Shown here piece by piece: positions 1 through 324 of a stretch of 324 bases of DNA. The stretch's first letter is position 1. Each line of letters opens with the position of its first letter. The position numbers and the translations under genes are program-made. The notes below the pieces were generated by a model, which saw nothing but the letters and a program-made list of their open reading frames with translations, was not told where the DNA came from and ran no database searches. Source of the DNA: Escherichia coli (GTDB lineage: Bacteria > Pseudomonadota > Gammaproteobacteria > Enterobacterales > Enterobacteriaceae); assembly GCF_003334815.1 (NCBI RefSeq), contig NZ_QOWO01000136.1; one strand, given 5' to 3'.

Positions 1-37
1 CCGTAGGCCGGATAAGGCGTTCACGCCGCATCCGGCA
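1..37 (-). repeat. REP/PU element, Z-type (probably Z2), reverse orientation; copy 1
   Basis: ccgtaggccggataaggcgttcacgccgcatccggca is the reverse complement of the Z-type PU consensus as I remember it (gccggatgcggcgtgaacgccttatccggcctacgg). Imperfect hairpin: arms 7-19 and 24-36, 13 bp with 2 internal mismatches, loop ttca 20-23. GTAG motif at 3-6. Confidence 0.8.
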
Positions 38-50
38 GTCGTGCGCAGAT

Positions 51-86
51 GCCTGATGCGACGCTAACGCGTCTTATCAGGCCTAC
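51..86 (+). repeat. REP/PU element, Y-type, forward orientation; copy 1
   Basis: gcctgatgcgacgctaacgcgtcttatcaggcctac matches the classical E. coli REP (Y) consensus. Imperfect hairpin: arms 51-64 and 69-82, 14 bp with 2 mismatches (one is G·U in RNA), loop 65-68. Ends in CTAC (83-86), the complement of GTAG. Confidence 0.85.
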
Positions 87-101
87 AAATTCCCGCGCCA
101 T

Positions 102-138
<37 letters not shown>

Positions 139-151
139 GTCGTGCGCAGAT

Positions 152-187
152 GCCTGATGCGACGCTAACGCGTCTTATCAGGCCTAC
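152..187 (+). repeat. REP/PU element, Y-type, forward orientation; copy 2
   Basis: Identical to 51-86. Confidence 0.85.
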
Positions 188-202
188 AAATTCTCGCGCC
201 AC

Positions 203-239
203 CCGTAGGCCGGATAAGGCGTTCACGCCGCATCCGGCA
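203..239 (-). repeat. REP/PU element, Z-type, reverse orientation; copy 3
   Basis: Identical to 1-37. Confidence 0.8.
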
Positions 240-252
240 GTCGTGCGCAGAT

Positions 253-288
253 GCCTGATGCGACGCTAACGCGTCTTATCAGGCCTAC
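253..288 (+). repeat. REP/PU element, Y-type, forward orientation; copy 3
   Basis: Identical to 51-86. Confidence 0.85.
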
Positions 289-303
289 AAATTCCCGCGC
301 CAT

Positions 304-324
304 CCGTAGGCCGGATAAGGCGTT
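304..324 (-). repeat. REP/PU element, Z-type, reverse orientation; copy 4, truncated by the window edge
   Basis: ccgtaggccggataaggcgtt matches the first 21 nt of the Z-type PU in copies 1-3; the window ends before the loop and second arm. Confidence 0.7.

Overview
The whole 324-bp window is a head-to-tail tandem array of a 101-bp unit (copies at 1-101, 102-202, 203-303, plus a truncated fourth at 304-324). Each unit holds two oppositely oriented imperfect palindromes that I recognise from memory as enterobacterial REP / palindromic-unit (PU) elements: a Z-type PU in reverse orientation and a Y-type PU in forward orientation, separated by short linkers of 13 and 15 nt. This is the architecture of a BIME-2-like array (bacterial interspersed mosaic element), as found in intergenic regions of Escherichia coli and close relatives. 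No credible protein-coding gene, tRNA/rRNA, CRISPR array or mobile-element gene is present. I do not see evidence of a novel system here: it is a well-described repeat class. The points worth a second look are the near-perfect copy identity, the placement of the three variant sites outside the stems, and that the array is cut by both window edges.
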